From an uncultured bacterium (GTDB lineage Bacteria; Auribacterota; JACPWU01), in the NCBI GenBank assembly GCA_964640155.1, contig CAZXEQ010000010.1:6063-38062 (forward strand): 32,000 nt of DNA, in the 5' to 3' direction. Shown one piece after another: positions 16,854 to 25,877 of this stretch. The stretch's first letter is position 1, and every line of letters begins with the position of its first letter. The notes below the pieces were generated by a model that worked only from the letters and a program-made list of their open reading frames with translations, searched no databases and was not told the origin of the DNA. The translations under genes and the position numbers were made by a program.

Positions 16854-17693
16854 ATGAATAAATATCTCTCTCCACTTCTTAAAAATAAAAAAACGGTTTT
16901 AGTTCCTGGTGTCTTCAATGCCATTACCGCTAAACTTGCAGAAAAATTAGGGTTCAAAGCTCTCTATCTGTCTGGGGCCGGGGTATCCAATGCCCTTTTG
17001 GGAAAACCGGATATAGGACTTATCACGCGAGATGAACTCTTAAAACAAGTCCGTTATATCAAAGATGTTGTGAGTATCCCCTTAATTGTGGATGTGGACA
17101 CGGGATTTGGTGACCCGCAGGATGTGGCAGAAACAGTAAGACAAATGGAAAAAGCAGGGGCTTCTGCGATTCAAATCGAGGATCAAATCCCGGCTAAAAA
17201 ATGTGGCCATCTGGGAGGAAAATCTCTTGTCTCGATGGATATCATGATAAAAAAAATTCAAGCAGCGATTAAGGCTCGTAAAAATCCGGATTTTTTAATT
17301 ATTGCTCGTACAGATGCCAGAAGTGTTGAAGGAGTTGAAAATGCGCTTATTCGCGCACAAAATTATATTGATGCAGGTGCCGATATTGTTTTTCCAGAGG
17401 CGCTTGAATCTCCTAAAGAATTCAGAATGTTTTCTAAGATGATTCAGAAACCTCTTTTGGCCAATATGACAGAGTTTGGAAAAACCCCATATATTTCTGT
17501 TCCGGAATTTCAGAAATTAGGATATTATCTGGTGATTTTCCCAATGACCTCTTTTCGAGTTATGATGAAAGCTGCAGAGCAGGTATTCAAGGATTTAAAG
17601 AAAACGGGCTCTCAAAAGAAATGGCTTTCAAAAATGCAGACAAGAAAAGAACTTTATGATTTAATCGACTACAAAAATTTTGACTCAATTTAG
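16854..17693 (+). CDS. prpB: Methylisocitrate lyase (isocitrate lyase/PEP mutase family)
   Basis: 279 aa. LSGAGVSN, DVDTGFG, IQIEDQIPAKKCGHLGGK and IIARTDA motifs. Adjacent to prpC and prpD. Confidence 0.88.
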   Translation: MNKYLSPLLKNKKTVLVPGVFNAITAKLAEKLGFKALYLSGAGVSNALLGKPDIGLITRDELLKQVRYIKDVVSIPLIVDVDTGFGDPQDVAETVRQMEKAGASAIQIEDQIPAKKCGHLGGKSLVSMDIMIKKIQAAIKARKNPDFLIIARTDARSVEGVENALIRAQNYIDAGADIVFPEALESPKEFRMFSKMIQKPLLANMTEFGKTPYISVPEFQKLGYYLVIFPMTSFRVMMKAAEQVFKDLKKTGSQKKWLSKMQTRKELYDLIDYKNFDSI

Positions 17694-17701
17694 AGGATGT
17701 T

Positions 17702-18847
17702 ATGACAGAAGTTATTTTAAAATCTCAAAGACCTTATAGTCCTGGCTTAGAAGGAATCGTGGCGGGACTTTCTCAAATTTCAGAGATTGATCCTAAAACT
17801 GAGCACTTGACGTACCGAGGATACGATATTCATGATTTGACAGAATATTCGACGTATGAAGAAGTGGCTTTTCTCCTTTTTTGGGGGCGTCTTCCCAAGA
17901 AAAAAGAATTAGAAGAGTTTTCAAAAACATTAGTAGAAAACCGTGATATTCCTAAAGCCATTCTTGAAGCTTTTAAGCAATTTCCTTCTTCAGCCCATCC
18001 TATGGATATGCTTCGTACCTCGGCTTCTCTTTTAAGTATGTTTGATCCTGAACAAGGGGATCATTCTCATGAGGCAAATATTAGAAAAGCAGTGCGTTTG
18101 GTAGCAAAATTTCCTTCTCTTATTTCTGCAGCTTTCTGTATCGCACAAGGTAAAAAATGGCAACTTGCAGATCCAAAATCATCCCATGCTAAAGCTTTTT
18201 TGAGTATGATCACGGGAAAAGAACCCGATGATTATGCGGTTCATGTTTTTGATCAGACCTTGATTATTTATGCTGAACATGGGTTTAATGCTTCTACTTT
18301 TTCAGCGCGTGTGACGGCTTCAACACTCTCAGATTTATATGCGGGGGTTACTTCGGCTGTTGGAACTTTAAAAGGTTCTTTGCATGGGGGAGCCAATGAA
18401 CAGGCCATGAAAATGCTTTTAGAAGTTGGAGATGGGGAACACGCCAAGATTTGGATTAAAGGAGCTTTGTCGGGTAAGAAGCGAGTGATGGGGTTTGGGC
18501 ATCGTGAATATAAAAATGGAGATCCCCGAGCAAGAATCCTTAAACCTCTTATGAAAAAATTAGGGGAAAGAGTCGGACAGACACAATGGTATCAAATTTG
18601 TGATGTCATTGAGGAAGTCATGGTCAGAGAAAAGAAGCTTTATCCAAATGTGGATTTCCCAGCAGGAGCCCTTCTTTATATGCTGGGTCTTCCCACCGAA
18701 ATTTATACACCTGTTTTTGCTTTATCTCGCGTCGCAGGTTGGTCTGCTCATGTGATTGAACAGTTGGATAATAATCGTTTGATTCGTCCCGAATGCGAAT
18801 ACACAGGTGCAAGGGACTTGAAATATGTCCCCATCGAAAAGCGATAA
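17702..18847 (+). CDS. prpC: 2-methylcitrate synthase / citrate synthase family
   Basis: 381 aa. Citrate synthase signature MGFGHREYKNGDPR and catalytic His/Asp context (HGGANE, YPNVDF). The prp context favours methylcitrate synthase. Confidence 0.85.
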   Translation: MTEVILKSQRPYSPGLEGIVAGLSQISEIDPKTEHLTYRGYDIHDLTEYSTYEEVAFLLFWGRLPKKKELEEFSKTLVENRDIPKAILEAFKQFPSSAHPMDMLRTSASLLSMFDPEQGDHSHEANIRKAVRLVAKFPSLISAAFCIAQGKKWQLADPKSSHAKAFLSMITGKEPDDYAVHVFDQTLIIYAEHGFNASTFSARVTASTLSDLYAGVTSAVGTLKGSLHGGANEQAMKMLLEVGDGEHAKIWIKGALSGKKRVMGFGHREYKNGDPRARILKPLMKKLGERVGQTQWYQICDVIEEVMVREKKLYPNVDFPAGALLYMLGLPTEIYTPVFALSRVAGWSAHVIEQLDNNRLIRPECEYTGARDLKYVPIEKR

Positions 18848-18943
18848 CCTGAAATCCCTCAAAAAGGTTTATCAGCTGTATTATTCTCTTCAGAATTTTC
18901 TTTCTGATTTCAAAAGTCCATCATATTTTCAGTTGGGTGTTTC

Positions 18944-20176
18944 ATGAAGACATTCTATCCTGAACAAATTCAATTATTTCCTCAAGCGATTAAATGGTTT
19001 TTGATATCTTCAGTGATCGGTATTTTAGCAGGAAGTGCTTCTGCTTTTTTTCTTATCTCTTTAGATGGGGTGACTCAGTTACGAGATGCTCATCTTTGGA
19101 TCATCTTCTGTTTACCTGTGTCAGGGCTTTTAATAGGTCTCATTTATCATCATCTTGGTAAAAAAGTTGAATCTGGGAATAATCTTATTTTAGATGAAAT
19201 CCATGATCCTAAAAAAGTTGTTCCATTTAGAATGGCACCTTTGATTCTTTTATCTACACTGATGACACATTTTTTTGGAGGTTCCGCTGGAAGAGAAGGA
19301 ACAGCTGTGCAGATGGGGAGTTCGTTAGCGGATCAACTTTCTGGTCCTTTGAGATTTAAGGCAGAAGATAGGCGGATCTTACTCATGGCTGGAATGAGTG
19401 CAGGTTTTGCCTCTGTCTTCGGAACACCTTTAGCGGGAGCTATTTTTGGCCTAGAAGTATTGGCTATTGGAAAACTTCGATACGATGCAATTTTCCCATG
19501 TTTTATTGCGGCTGTTGTGGCAGATCAAGTAACTTTAGCTTTAGGAGTTCATCACACTTCTTATATTGTTTCTAGTATTCCAACTTTTTCGATCAGCAGT
19601 TTGGTTCAGGTTTCATTGGCAGGTATTGTTTTTGGTTTAATCAGTCGATTTTTCTCTATTGTCACTCATGGGTTAACTTCTTTTTCTAAAAAGCATGTGA
19701 CGTACAATCCTCTTCGTCTTTTTATCGGTGGTGTTATTGTTGTAATTCTCATCAAACTTTGTGGAACTACGAAATATATTGGGCTTGGAATTCCAACCAT
19801 GGTGGAATCTTTTTCGATAAAACTTCCTCCTTGGGATTTTTTAGGCAAATTTATATTTACAGTTTTAACCCTTGGAATGGGTTTTAAAGGAGGAGAAGTA
19901 ACCCCTTTATTTTTTATTGGAGCAACCCTTGGAAATGCATTAAGTTATTTTTTGACGCTTTCTACTTCTCTTTTAGCGGGTCTTGGATTTGTTGCTGTGT
20001 TTGCTGGAGCGGCCAATACTCCCTTAACCTGCATGATCATGGCCATGGAGCTTTTTGGATCGTCTATTGGAGTTTATGCAGGGTTAGCTTGTGTTGTAAG
20101 TTATCTTTTTTCAGGACATGCGGGGATTTACCACTCTCAAAAAATAGGAACAAGTAAGTATTTTACTGGTTCGTAG
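18944..20176 (+). CDS. CLC-family channel/antiporter, CLC-F (fluoride/proton antiporter) type
   Basis: 410 aa polytopic protein. Selectivity-region motifs GNNLI (instead of GSGIP), GREGT and GGEVTP match my memory of the CLC-F 'N-T' clade. Confidence 0.75.
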   Translation: MKTFYPEQIQLFPQAIKWFLISSVIGILAGSASAFFLISLDGVTQLRDAHLWIIFCLPVSGLLIGLIYHHLGKKVESGNNLILDEIHDPKKVVPFRMAPLILLSTLMTHFFGGSAGREGTAVQMGSSLADQLSGPLRFKAEDRRILLMAGMSAGFASVFGTPLAGAIFGLEVLAIGKLRYDAIFPCFIAAVVADQVTLALGVHHTSYIVSSIPTFSISSLVQVSLAGIVFGLISRFFSIVTHGLTSFSKKHVTYNPLRLFIGGVIVVILIKLCGTTKYIGLGIPTMVESFSIKLPPWDFLGKFIFTVLTLGMGFKGGEVTPLFFIGATLGNALSYFLTLSTSLLAGLGFVAVFAGAANTPLTCMIMAMELFGSSIGVYAGLACVVSYLFSGHAGIYHSQKIGTSKYFTGS

Positions 20177-20184
20177 TGCACAGA

Positions 20185-20308
20185 AGTGAGTTCTTTATAA
20201 ATGCGGGTGGCACTTGGCGGGGAGCCCTACCGCGCGCAACTAGTACTCGAACACGGTGGGGGGCCCTGACAAGTGATAGGACCTGCGACCCTTAAAAAGG
20301 GCACACGG
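20185..20308 (-). repeat. GC-rich long-hairpin repeat, copy C (inverted relative to A and B)
   Basis: The reverse complement aligns with A and B (..GTCGCAGGTCCTATCACTTGTCAGGGCCCCCCACCGTG..GCGCGCGGTAGGGCTCCCCGCCAAGTGCCACCCGCATTTATAAAG..). The apical loop is diverged and 1 nt longer. Begins 9 nt after the CLC stop. Confidence 0.85.
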
Positions 20309-20416
20309 CTATAGAAATATTTTATGAGGGACTATTGTTTCCAATTCATCTTTCTCTCTCTCTATCTTTTTGATATCCTTTCTTTACTCTTTTTATGAAG
20401 AATGGGGCTAATCGTT

Positions 20417-21007
20417 ATGAAATTTAATTGGATGGACATTGTCTTTATGGCCTTGGCGCTTCGAGGCATTTGGGTTGGAACCAAAAGAGGTATTTTGGGA
20501 GAGCTCATCTTAACTGCGGGACTTCTTGCTTCTATTGCTATGGCTCTGTTTATTTCTTCTCCAACAGGTTCTGTTTTGGCTAATCAGTTGTCTTTTGGTA
20601 TTCAATTTACAACACAATTTTTGTCGTGGTTAGTTTTAGGAGCAGGCTTTATTGTCTCATTGATTATAGCTAAGGTTGTTCAAAAGCTTTCTCATCTCAT
20701 TATTCAGTCTCCGATTGATAAAGGAGCCGGAGGTGTTTTGGGAGGGGCTCGAGCCATTCTCTTAAGCGGGATTTTACTTTCATTTGTTCTTCATTCAGGG
20801 CAGTTATTTTTTCAAGAACATGCAAAAGAGTCGATTATTGGTTCTTTCGTTATTCCCAAAGTAGATGTCTTGTACGAAATCGTTAAACAAAAAATAACTC
20901 CAACAGAGCTTGTAAAACTTCAAGATGAATTAACGGTTGAGAGTGATCAGGAAGCCGTTCAAGAACCTTCTCAAGATATATCCGAACCCTCAGAAGAAAC
21001 GCAGTAA
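20417..21007 (+). CDS. cvpA: CvpA (colicin V production) family membrane protein
   Basis: Starts MKFNWMDIVFMALALRGIWVGTKRG, typical of CvpA. Four TM segments and an acidic C-terminal tail. Alternative upstream ATG at 20402. Confidence 0.75.
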   Translation: MKFNWMDIVFMALALRGIWVGTKRGILGELILTAGLLASIAMALFISSPTGSVLANQLSFGIQFTTQFLSWLVLGAGFIVSLIIAKVVQKLSHLIIQSPIDKGAGGVLGGARAILLSGILLSFVLHSGQLFFQEHAKESIIGSFVIPKVDVLYEIVKQKITPTELVKLQDELTVESDQEAVQEPSQDISEPSEETQ

Positions 21008-21075
21008 CAAGTTCGTTTCGATCAAATTCCCGGAAGACAGGAGTGAACGAATTGGTTTAGTTTCTTAAAAAATGA

Positions 21076-22845
21076 ATGAGCTCGCTTATAGGTACTATGC
21101 AAGGTATTATTCCAGAAAATATATTAGACGAGATACGTTTGAAGGTCGATATTATCGAACTGATTGGTAGTCTTGTTCCTTTAAAAGGTGCAGGTCGAAA
21201 TTATAAAGCTTTATGCCCGTTTCATCCTGAAAAAAGTCCTTCTTTCATGGTTAATCCTGAGAAACAAATTTTTCATTGTTTTGGATGTGGAGCAGGGGGA
21301 AATATTTTTACTTTTTTGATGAAGTTTGAAAATATTTCTTTTCCCGAAGCAGTTGAAACATTGGCAGAAAAAGCAGGTGTAACTCTCCCAAAACAAGGGC
21401 TTCCCACGGCGGGAGTTGAATATCAAAAAAAATCTCTTTTTGAAGTTACTGAGAAAGTCTGTCAATTTTTTGAAAAAACCCTTTTAACTTCTCCAGTAGG
21501 GCAAGAAGGAAGAAATTATTTAAAATCAAGAGGCCTGGACAGAAAAATAGCTGAAACGTTTCGGTTGGGGTTTTGTCCTATTGATGAAGCAAGCATTTTA
21601 AAAGAATTGAAAACATTAGGGATACAAGAAAATCTATTGGAAAAAGTAGGGTTGATTACGGAGCATGAGCAAGGCAAACATTTTCGATTTAGAGGAAGAG
21701 TCATTTTCCCTATTTTTGATGTTCAAGGGCGCATCGTTGGTTTTGGAGGACGGGCTTTAGGGGAGCGAATGCCCAAATATCTTAACTCTCCTGATACGAT
21801 TCTTTTTAATAAAAGTAATTTGCTTTACGGTTTACATTTGGCGAAGCGATCTATTTTAGAAAAATCACAAGCGATTTTAGTGGAAGGATACATTGATGTG
21901 ATCAGTGTTTTTCGTTCAGGGGTAGAGAATGTTGTCGCATCTTTGGGCACTGCTTTTAATGAAAATCATGTCCGACTCATTCGTCGTTTTGCTCAAGAAA
22001 TAGTGGTTGCCTATGATGGGGATGATGCAGGATTGGATGCTTCTTTGCGGGCTTTGGAAGTTTTTTTAGATCAAGACATGATTGTAAAAATTGTAAAAAT
22101 TCCAGATGGACATGATCCAGATAGTTTCATTCGAGCAAAAGGGAAAGAAGCTTTTGAAAAATTAATTTCTCAAGCAGGTTCAATGATGGATTTTAAAATA
22201 GAACTTCTTTCTAAAAAATTTAATCCTCAAACAGAATCTGGAAAATTGACCATTGCCCGTGAGGTTTTGAAAACCATTGGTAGACTTAAAAGTTCTATTC
22301 TTCAAGATCATTATTTTAAAGAATTAAGTGAAAAATTAAAAATAAATGAACAGGCTTTGCGTCAGGAGTTGAAAAGAATAGGACTACAGAAAAGCGGAGT
22401 AGCTCAAAAAATTGTTTCTACTCCTGAAAAAACGTCAGGACATGAGTTGGAGGAAGATTTGTTGTGTATCTTATTGCATCACAATGAATTAATGACGGAA
22501 ATAAAAAATAAATTAGGACCTGAAGATTTTGAGGTTCATGAGTATAAGTTATTGTTTGAGAATAGGTTAGGATTAAAAAAAGTCTTAAAACCGGAAGAAA
22601 AAATTATTTTAGAATCTTTAGAAGCCAAATTATTAATTGAAAAACCTACTGTAAAGGACATTGAAAGCGCACTTAATAAATATATAATAGCTTTAAAAGA
22701 AAGAAGTTATAGAAAGGAATATCAATCTTTAAACCTGAGATTAAAAGAAATTGAAAAATCTGGGAAAAATCAGGATCAAATGGACGCTCTTGTTAGCGAG
22801 CTTCAGAAAATTCATAAAGCAATTGCTTTATTAAAAAAGGTGTGA
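21076..22845 (+). CDS. dnaG: DNA primase
   Basis: Zinc-binding CPFHPEKSPSFMVNPEKQIFHCFGCGAGGN. RNA polymerase core. TOPRIM motifs (VEGYIDV, AYDGDDAG). Alternative start ATG at 21097. Confidence 0.95.
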   Translation: MSSLIGTMQGIIPENILDEIRLKVDIIELIGSLVPLKGAGRNYKALCPFHPEKSPSFMVNPEKQIFHCFGCGAGGNIFTFLMKFENISFPEAVETLAEKAGVTLPKQGLPTAGVEYQKKSLFEVTEKVCQFFEKTLLTSPVGQEGRNYLKSRGLDRKIAETFRLGFCPIDEASILKELKTLGIQENLLEKVGLITEHEQGKHFRFRGRVIFPIFDVQGRIVGFGGRALGERMPKYLNSPDTILFNKSNLLYGLHLAKRSILEKSQAILVEGYIDVISVFRSGVENVVASLGTAFNENHVRLIRRFAQEIVVAYDGDDAGLDASLRALEVFLDQDMIVKIVKIPDGHDPDSFIRAKGKEAFEKLISQAGSMMDFKIELLSKKFNPQTESGKLTIAREVLKTIGRLKSSILQDHYFKELSEKLKINEQALRQELKRIGLQKSGVAQKIVSTPEKTSGHELEEDLLCILLHHNELMTEIKNKLGPEDFEVHEYKLLFENRLGLKKVLKPEEKIILESLEAKLLIEKPTVKDIESALNKYIIALKERSYRKEYQSLNLRLKEIEKSGKNQDQMDALVSELQKIHKAIALLKKV

Positions 22846-22923
22846 TATATTTAACAGCTTATTTTTGTATTTTTTAGAAGGGATCGGGGGAAAAATTTCA
22901 AGATTAACCAAGGTGATGCTTAT

Positions 22924-24564
22924 ATGCAAAAAGAAGTGAGAAATCAGAAAATTAAACAGCTAGTCAAGATTGCAGGTGATAAAGGCTTTTTGACCTACGA
23001 CGATATTAATGAGGTTTTACCTGAAGATGTTGTTTCTTCAGATGATATTGAAGCCTTGCTGATTTTGCTTCGAAGTATGGACGTTGAAGTTGTTGATGAT
23101 GAAAAAGACGTCAAACCTCCTGTGGATGAGGCTGCAAAGGCAAAGGAAGAAGAAGAGGCTGAAGATGAAGTCTCAAAATTAGAAATTTTGGATGATCCTG
23201 TCCGCATGTATCTCAAGCAGATGGGTAAAGTTCCTTTGTTGACCCGTGAACAAGAAGTCGATTTGGCCAAGCGTATTGAAGAGGCTGATGAAAAAATTCG
23301 AAGTATTCTTTTTACCTTTGGAAATGTTCCTCGAGAAAGCGTGTTGATTGCCAGAAGACTTCTGGCTGGTAAAGAAAGATTTGATCGCGTTATTTTAGAT
23401 AAAAATGTTTCAAATAAAGATAAATATTTATCAAATCTTGAAAAGTTTTGTAATCGTTTAGAGTCGATAGAAGCCGATATTACAACAATCAATAAAGACT
23501 TAATGAAGCGTTTGGCGAAGGCCGTTAGAAGCCGACGTCTCAAAAAGCGAGAAGCTTTGCGCAAAGAGTTGAATCACATTCTGCAAAAATTTTATTTTCG
23601 TCAAGAAGTAGTCGATGAGTTGGTTGATAAAGTTTTGAGTTTGCATGACAAAGTTATTGTAACAGAAAGAGAAATTGAAGATCCTCGCCCTGGGGAATCC
23701 TCTAAAAATCGCAAAAATCGTGTTAAGAATGATCGTCGTAAACTCAAACGAATTGCAGAAACATTGGGTGTGAGTGTAGACGATTTTAAACGCGAAGCAG
23801 GCATTTTGGATGATTGGACTCAGAAGATGAGATCGGCCAAAGATGATATGGTCGAGGCCAATTTGCGATTGGTGATTAGTATTGCTAAAAAATATACCAA
23901 TCGTGGATTATCTTTCTTGGATCTTATTCAAGAGGGTAATTTAGGCTTGATGAAAGCCGTCGATAAATTTGAATATCGACGAGGATATAAATTTAGTACT
24001 TATGCGACCTGGTGGATTCGTCAAGCAATTACGCGTTCTATTGCAGATCAAGCAAGAACAATCCGTATTCCTGTGCATATGATTGAGACCATTAATAAAT
24101 TGGTGCGTGTTTCTAAAAAACTGGTTCAAGAATATGGAAAGGAACCTACGCCTGAAGAAATTGCTGAAGAGATGGATCTTTCTGTTGAGAAAGTCCGTGG
24201 AATTTTGAAAATTTCTCAGCATCCCATTTCTTTGCAAACTCCTATTGGAGATGGTGAAGATAGTCAGTTCGGAGATTTTATTGAAGATAAAAGCATTCGT
24301 AATCCGGCAGAGGCGACAGGTTATAGCTTGCTTCGCGAACAGATTGATGGTGTTTTAGAGACATTGACAGCACGTGAAAAAAGGGTGCTTCGGTTAAGAT
24401 TTGGAATTGGAGATGGTTCTCCTCGAACCCTTGAAGAAGTTGGAAAAGTTTTTAATGTAACACGTGAACGTGTCAGACAGATTGAAGCGAAGGCTTTGAA
24501 AAAAATGCGTCATCCAATCCGTTCTAAAAAACTCAAAGGATTTTTGGATTACGTTTCAGCCTAA
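22924..24564 (+). CDS. rpoD: Primary RNA polymerase sigma factor (sigma-70 family, group 1)
   Basis: Region 1.1/1.2 ([21 protein letters not shown]), region 2 ([59 protein letters not shown]), region 4.2 ([24 protein letters not shown]). Classic dnaG-rpoD arrangement. Confidence 0.97.
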   Translation: MQKEVRNQKIKQLVKIAGDKGFLTYDDINEVLPEDVVSSDDIEALLILLRSMDVEVVDDEKDVKPPVDEAAKAKEEEEAEDEVSKLEILDDPVRMYLKQMGKVPLLTREQEVDLAKRIEEADEKIRSILFTFGNVPRESVLIARRLLAGKERFDRVILDKNVSNKDKYLSNLEKFCNRLESIEADITTINKDLMKRLAKAVRSRRLKKREALRKELNHILQKFYFRQEVVDELVDKVLSLHDKVIVTEREIEDPRPGESSKNRKNRVKNDRRKLKRIAETLGVSVDDFKREAGILDDWTQKMRSAKDDMVEANLRLVISIAKKYTNRGLSFLDLIQEGNLGLMKAVDKFEYRRGYKFSTYATWWIRQAITRSIADQARTIRIPVHMIETINKLVRVSKKLVQEYGKEPTPEEIAEEMDLSVEKVRGILKISQHPISLQTPIGDGEDSQFGDFIEDKSIRNPAEATGYSLLREQIDGVLETLTAREKRVLRLRFGIGDGSPRTLEEVGKVFNVTRERVRQIEAKALKKMRHPIRSKKLKGFLDYVSA

Positions 24565-24573
24565 AATAGTGGT

Positions 24574-24673
24574 AAGTGATAAGTCATAAGTGGTAAGTTC
24601 TTAGGAGTGTTTTAGATCTTGTATCTTCTAAACTTATAACTGACAACTTATAACTTATCACTTTTTTATTTTT
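24574..24673 (+). terminator. About 90-nt imperfect hairpin plus T-tract downstream of rpoD (intrinsic terminator candidate)
   Basis: AAGTGATAAGTCATAAGTGGTAAGTT... (from 24574) pairs with ...AACTTATAACTGACAACTTATAACTTATCACTT (to 24663), roughly 28 bp with a few mismatches. Followed by TTTTATTTTT. Begins 9 nt after the rpoD stop. Confidence 0.65.
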
Positions 24674-24683
24674 GATATTATTC

Positions 24684-24759
<76 letters not shown>

Positions 24760-24832
24760 AGTAATTAAATGAATTGTTAAGATATATTTTGTTGCAGGAG
24801 AGCTTTGAAGTAGTCTGGGTCTAGGATTTTCC

Positions 24833-24856
24833 GCCAGAGGCTGATGAGCCTTTGGC
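24833..24856 (+). other. Stable 10-bp hairpin in the inter-tRNA spacer (possible processing signal)
   Basis: GCCAGAGGCT-GATG-AGCCTTTGGC (one G-T wobble). No T-tract follows. Confidence 0.4.
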
Positions 24857-24916
24857 TCAAGCCTTACGATGAATAAAACATATTTGGCTGAGAAGGTTCC
24901 ATGACCTTTATTTCTT

Positions 24917-24990
24917 GGGCAACTAGCTCAGTTGGTTAGAGCGCTACCCTCACACGGTAGAGGTCACTGGTTCGAGCCCAGTGTTGCCCA
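24917..24990 (+). tRNA. tRNA-Val (anticodon CAC)
   Basis: Acceptor GGGCAAC/GTTGCCC, D arm GCTC-AGTTGGTTA-GAGC, anticodon arm CTACC-CTCACAC-GGTAG, T arm ACTGG-TTCGAGC-CCAGT, discriminator A. CCA is not encoded. Confidence 0.93.
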
Positions 24991-25115
24991 TTTCTTCTCT
25001 TTTCTTCCATAGTTATCTGTGATTTACAGTCTTTTTCATTTGGCTTTAACCCTCTTTTAGGCTATTCTCTATCAACCATTTTTGTTTTACACCTGAAGGG
25101 AAAAAGAGGAGTTTT

Positions 25116-25877
25116 ATGATTGAAGATTTGAAGAAACTTTTGGTCGTTCAAGATAAAGATGTAGAGCTTTTAAAGCTTTCGGAAAAAAAGAACGAACTAC
25201 CAAAACTCTTGCAAGAGTTAAAAGATGCCGTCGATGAAAAAACTAAAGAGCTAGAGGCTCAAAAAAATGTTTTGAAAGAAATTCAAGTGGCACATAAAAG
25301 CTTAGAGATTGATGCAGAGAGCAAACTAACCGCAAGGCGTAAATATGAAACACAGCTGATGACGGTTAAAACAAATCAAGAGTATAAAGCATTAGAAAAG
25401 GAAATTTTTACACTTAAGACTGAAATATCGAGAGTCGAAGATAATATTCTTGAAAAAATGGGGAAGATAGAAGATCAGAATCTTCTTTTAAAAAAGATAG
25501 ATTTTGAGTTGCAAGAAAGAAAGAAAAAGCTGACTGAAAGAGAATCTGAAATTCAAAAAGCCATTCAAGATTTGGAACAAGAGCTTCAGAAAATTCTAGG
25601 AGAAAAAGAAATATTGATTAAAGATGTTAAGCCAGATGTCTTACGTCGTTACAATCGTATTTTGGAACGTGTTCGCGGTAAAGCCATTGTTCCTATTGTA
25701 GATAGAAGTTGTCAGGGATGTCATACCCTTCTTCCTCCTCAGATTACGGTGAATGCACGTAAATCATCAGACCCTGTTGCTTGTGATAATTGTTCTCGAC
25801 TACTTTATATCCCAGAAGACTTGAAACCTTCTCAAGATTCAGATGCTTCCATCGGAAAGAATGCGGAGTCTGTTTAA
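25116..25877 (+). CDS. Coiled-coil protein with C-terminal C4 zinc ribbon (COG1579/DUF164-like)
   Basis: 253 aa. Long heptad-rich K/E coiled coil, then CQGCHTLLPPQ...CDNCSRLLY. RBS-like AGAGGAG lies upstream. The stop TAA overlaps the gcvT ATG (TAATG). Confidence 0.75.
   Translation: MIEDLKKLLVVQDKDVELLKLSEKKNELPKLLQELKDAVDEKTKELEAQKNVLKEIQVAHKSLEIDAESKLTARRKYETQLMTVKTNQEYKALEKEIFTLKTEISRVEDNILEKMGKIEDQNLLLKKIDFELQERKKKLTERESEIQKAIQDLEQELQKILGEKEILIKDVKPDVLRRYNRILERVRGKAIVPIVDRSCQGCHTLLPPQITVNARKSSDPVACDNCSRLLYIPEDLKPSQDSDASIGKNAESV

Noticed and set aside
18848-18943. Looked for a fluoride (crcB-motif) riboswitch upstream of the CLC-F gene.
   Set aside because: No GGNGAUGG...CUGAUGA-type conserved blocks or pseudoknot-capable segments are present, and the leader is AT-rich and unstructured.
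20353-20362. A (TC)5 microsatellite in a pyrimidine-rich tract upstream of cvpA, as a possible phase-variation tract.
   Set aside because: Five units is too short to argue for slipped-strand switching, and it lies upstream of any evident promoter or RBS element.
22995-23564. A 189-aa antisense ORF inside rpoD, plus other nested or antisense ORFs from the track (for example 7660-7935, 3110-3394, 9169-9468, 10187-10516, 15724-16038, 23941-24237).
   Set aside because: All lie wholly within well-supported genes. They have low-complexity or Ser/Lys/Phe-biased composition typical of off-frame translation of AT-rich coding DNA, and they contain no recognisable motifs.
24841-24848. CUGAUGAG, the hammerhead ribozyme core motif, in the inter-tRNA spacer.
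   Set aside because: The helix that follows is not succeeded by the obligatory GAAA, and no stem I/III geometry or cleavage-site UH can be drawn. It is just part of a simple hairpin loop region.
24991-25115. Looked for a glycine riboswitch upstream of the gcv genes.
   Set aside because: gcvT has no leader because its start overlaps the upstream stop. The region upstream of the COG1579 gene is pyrimidine-rich and unstructured, with none of the conserved glycine-aptamer segments.
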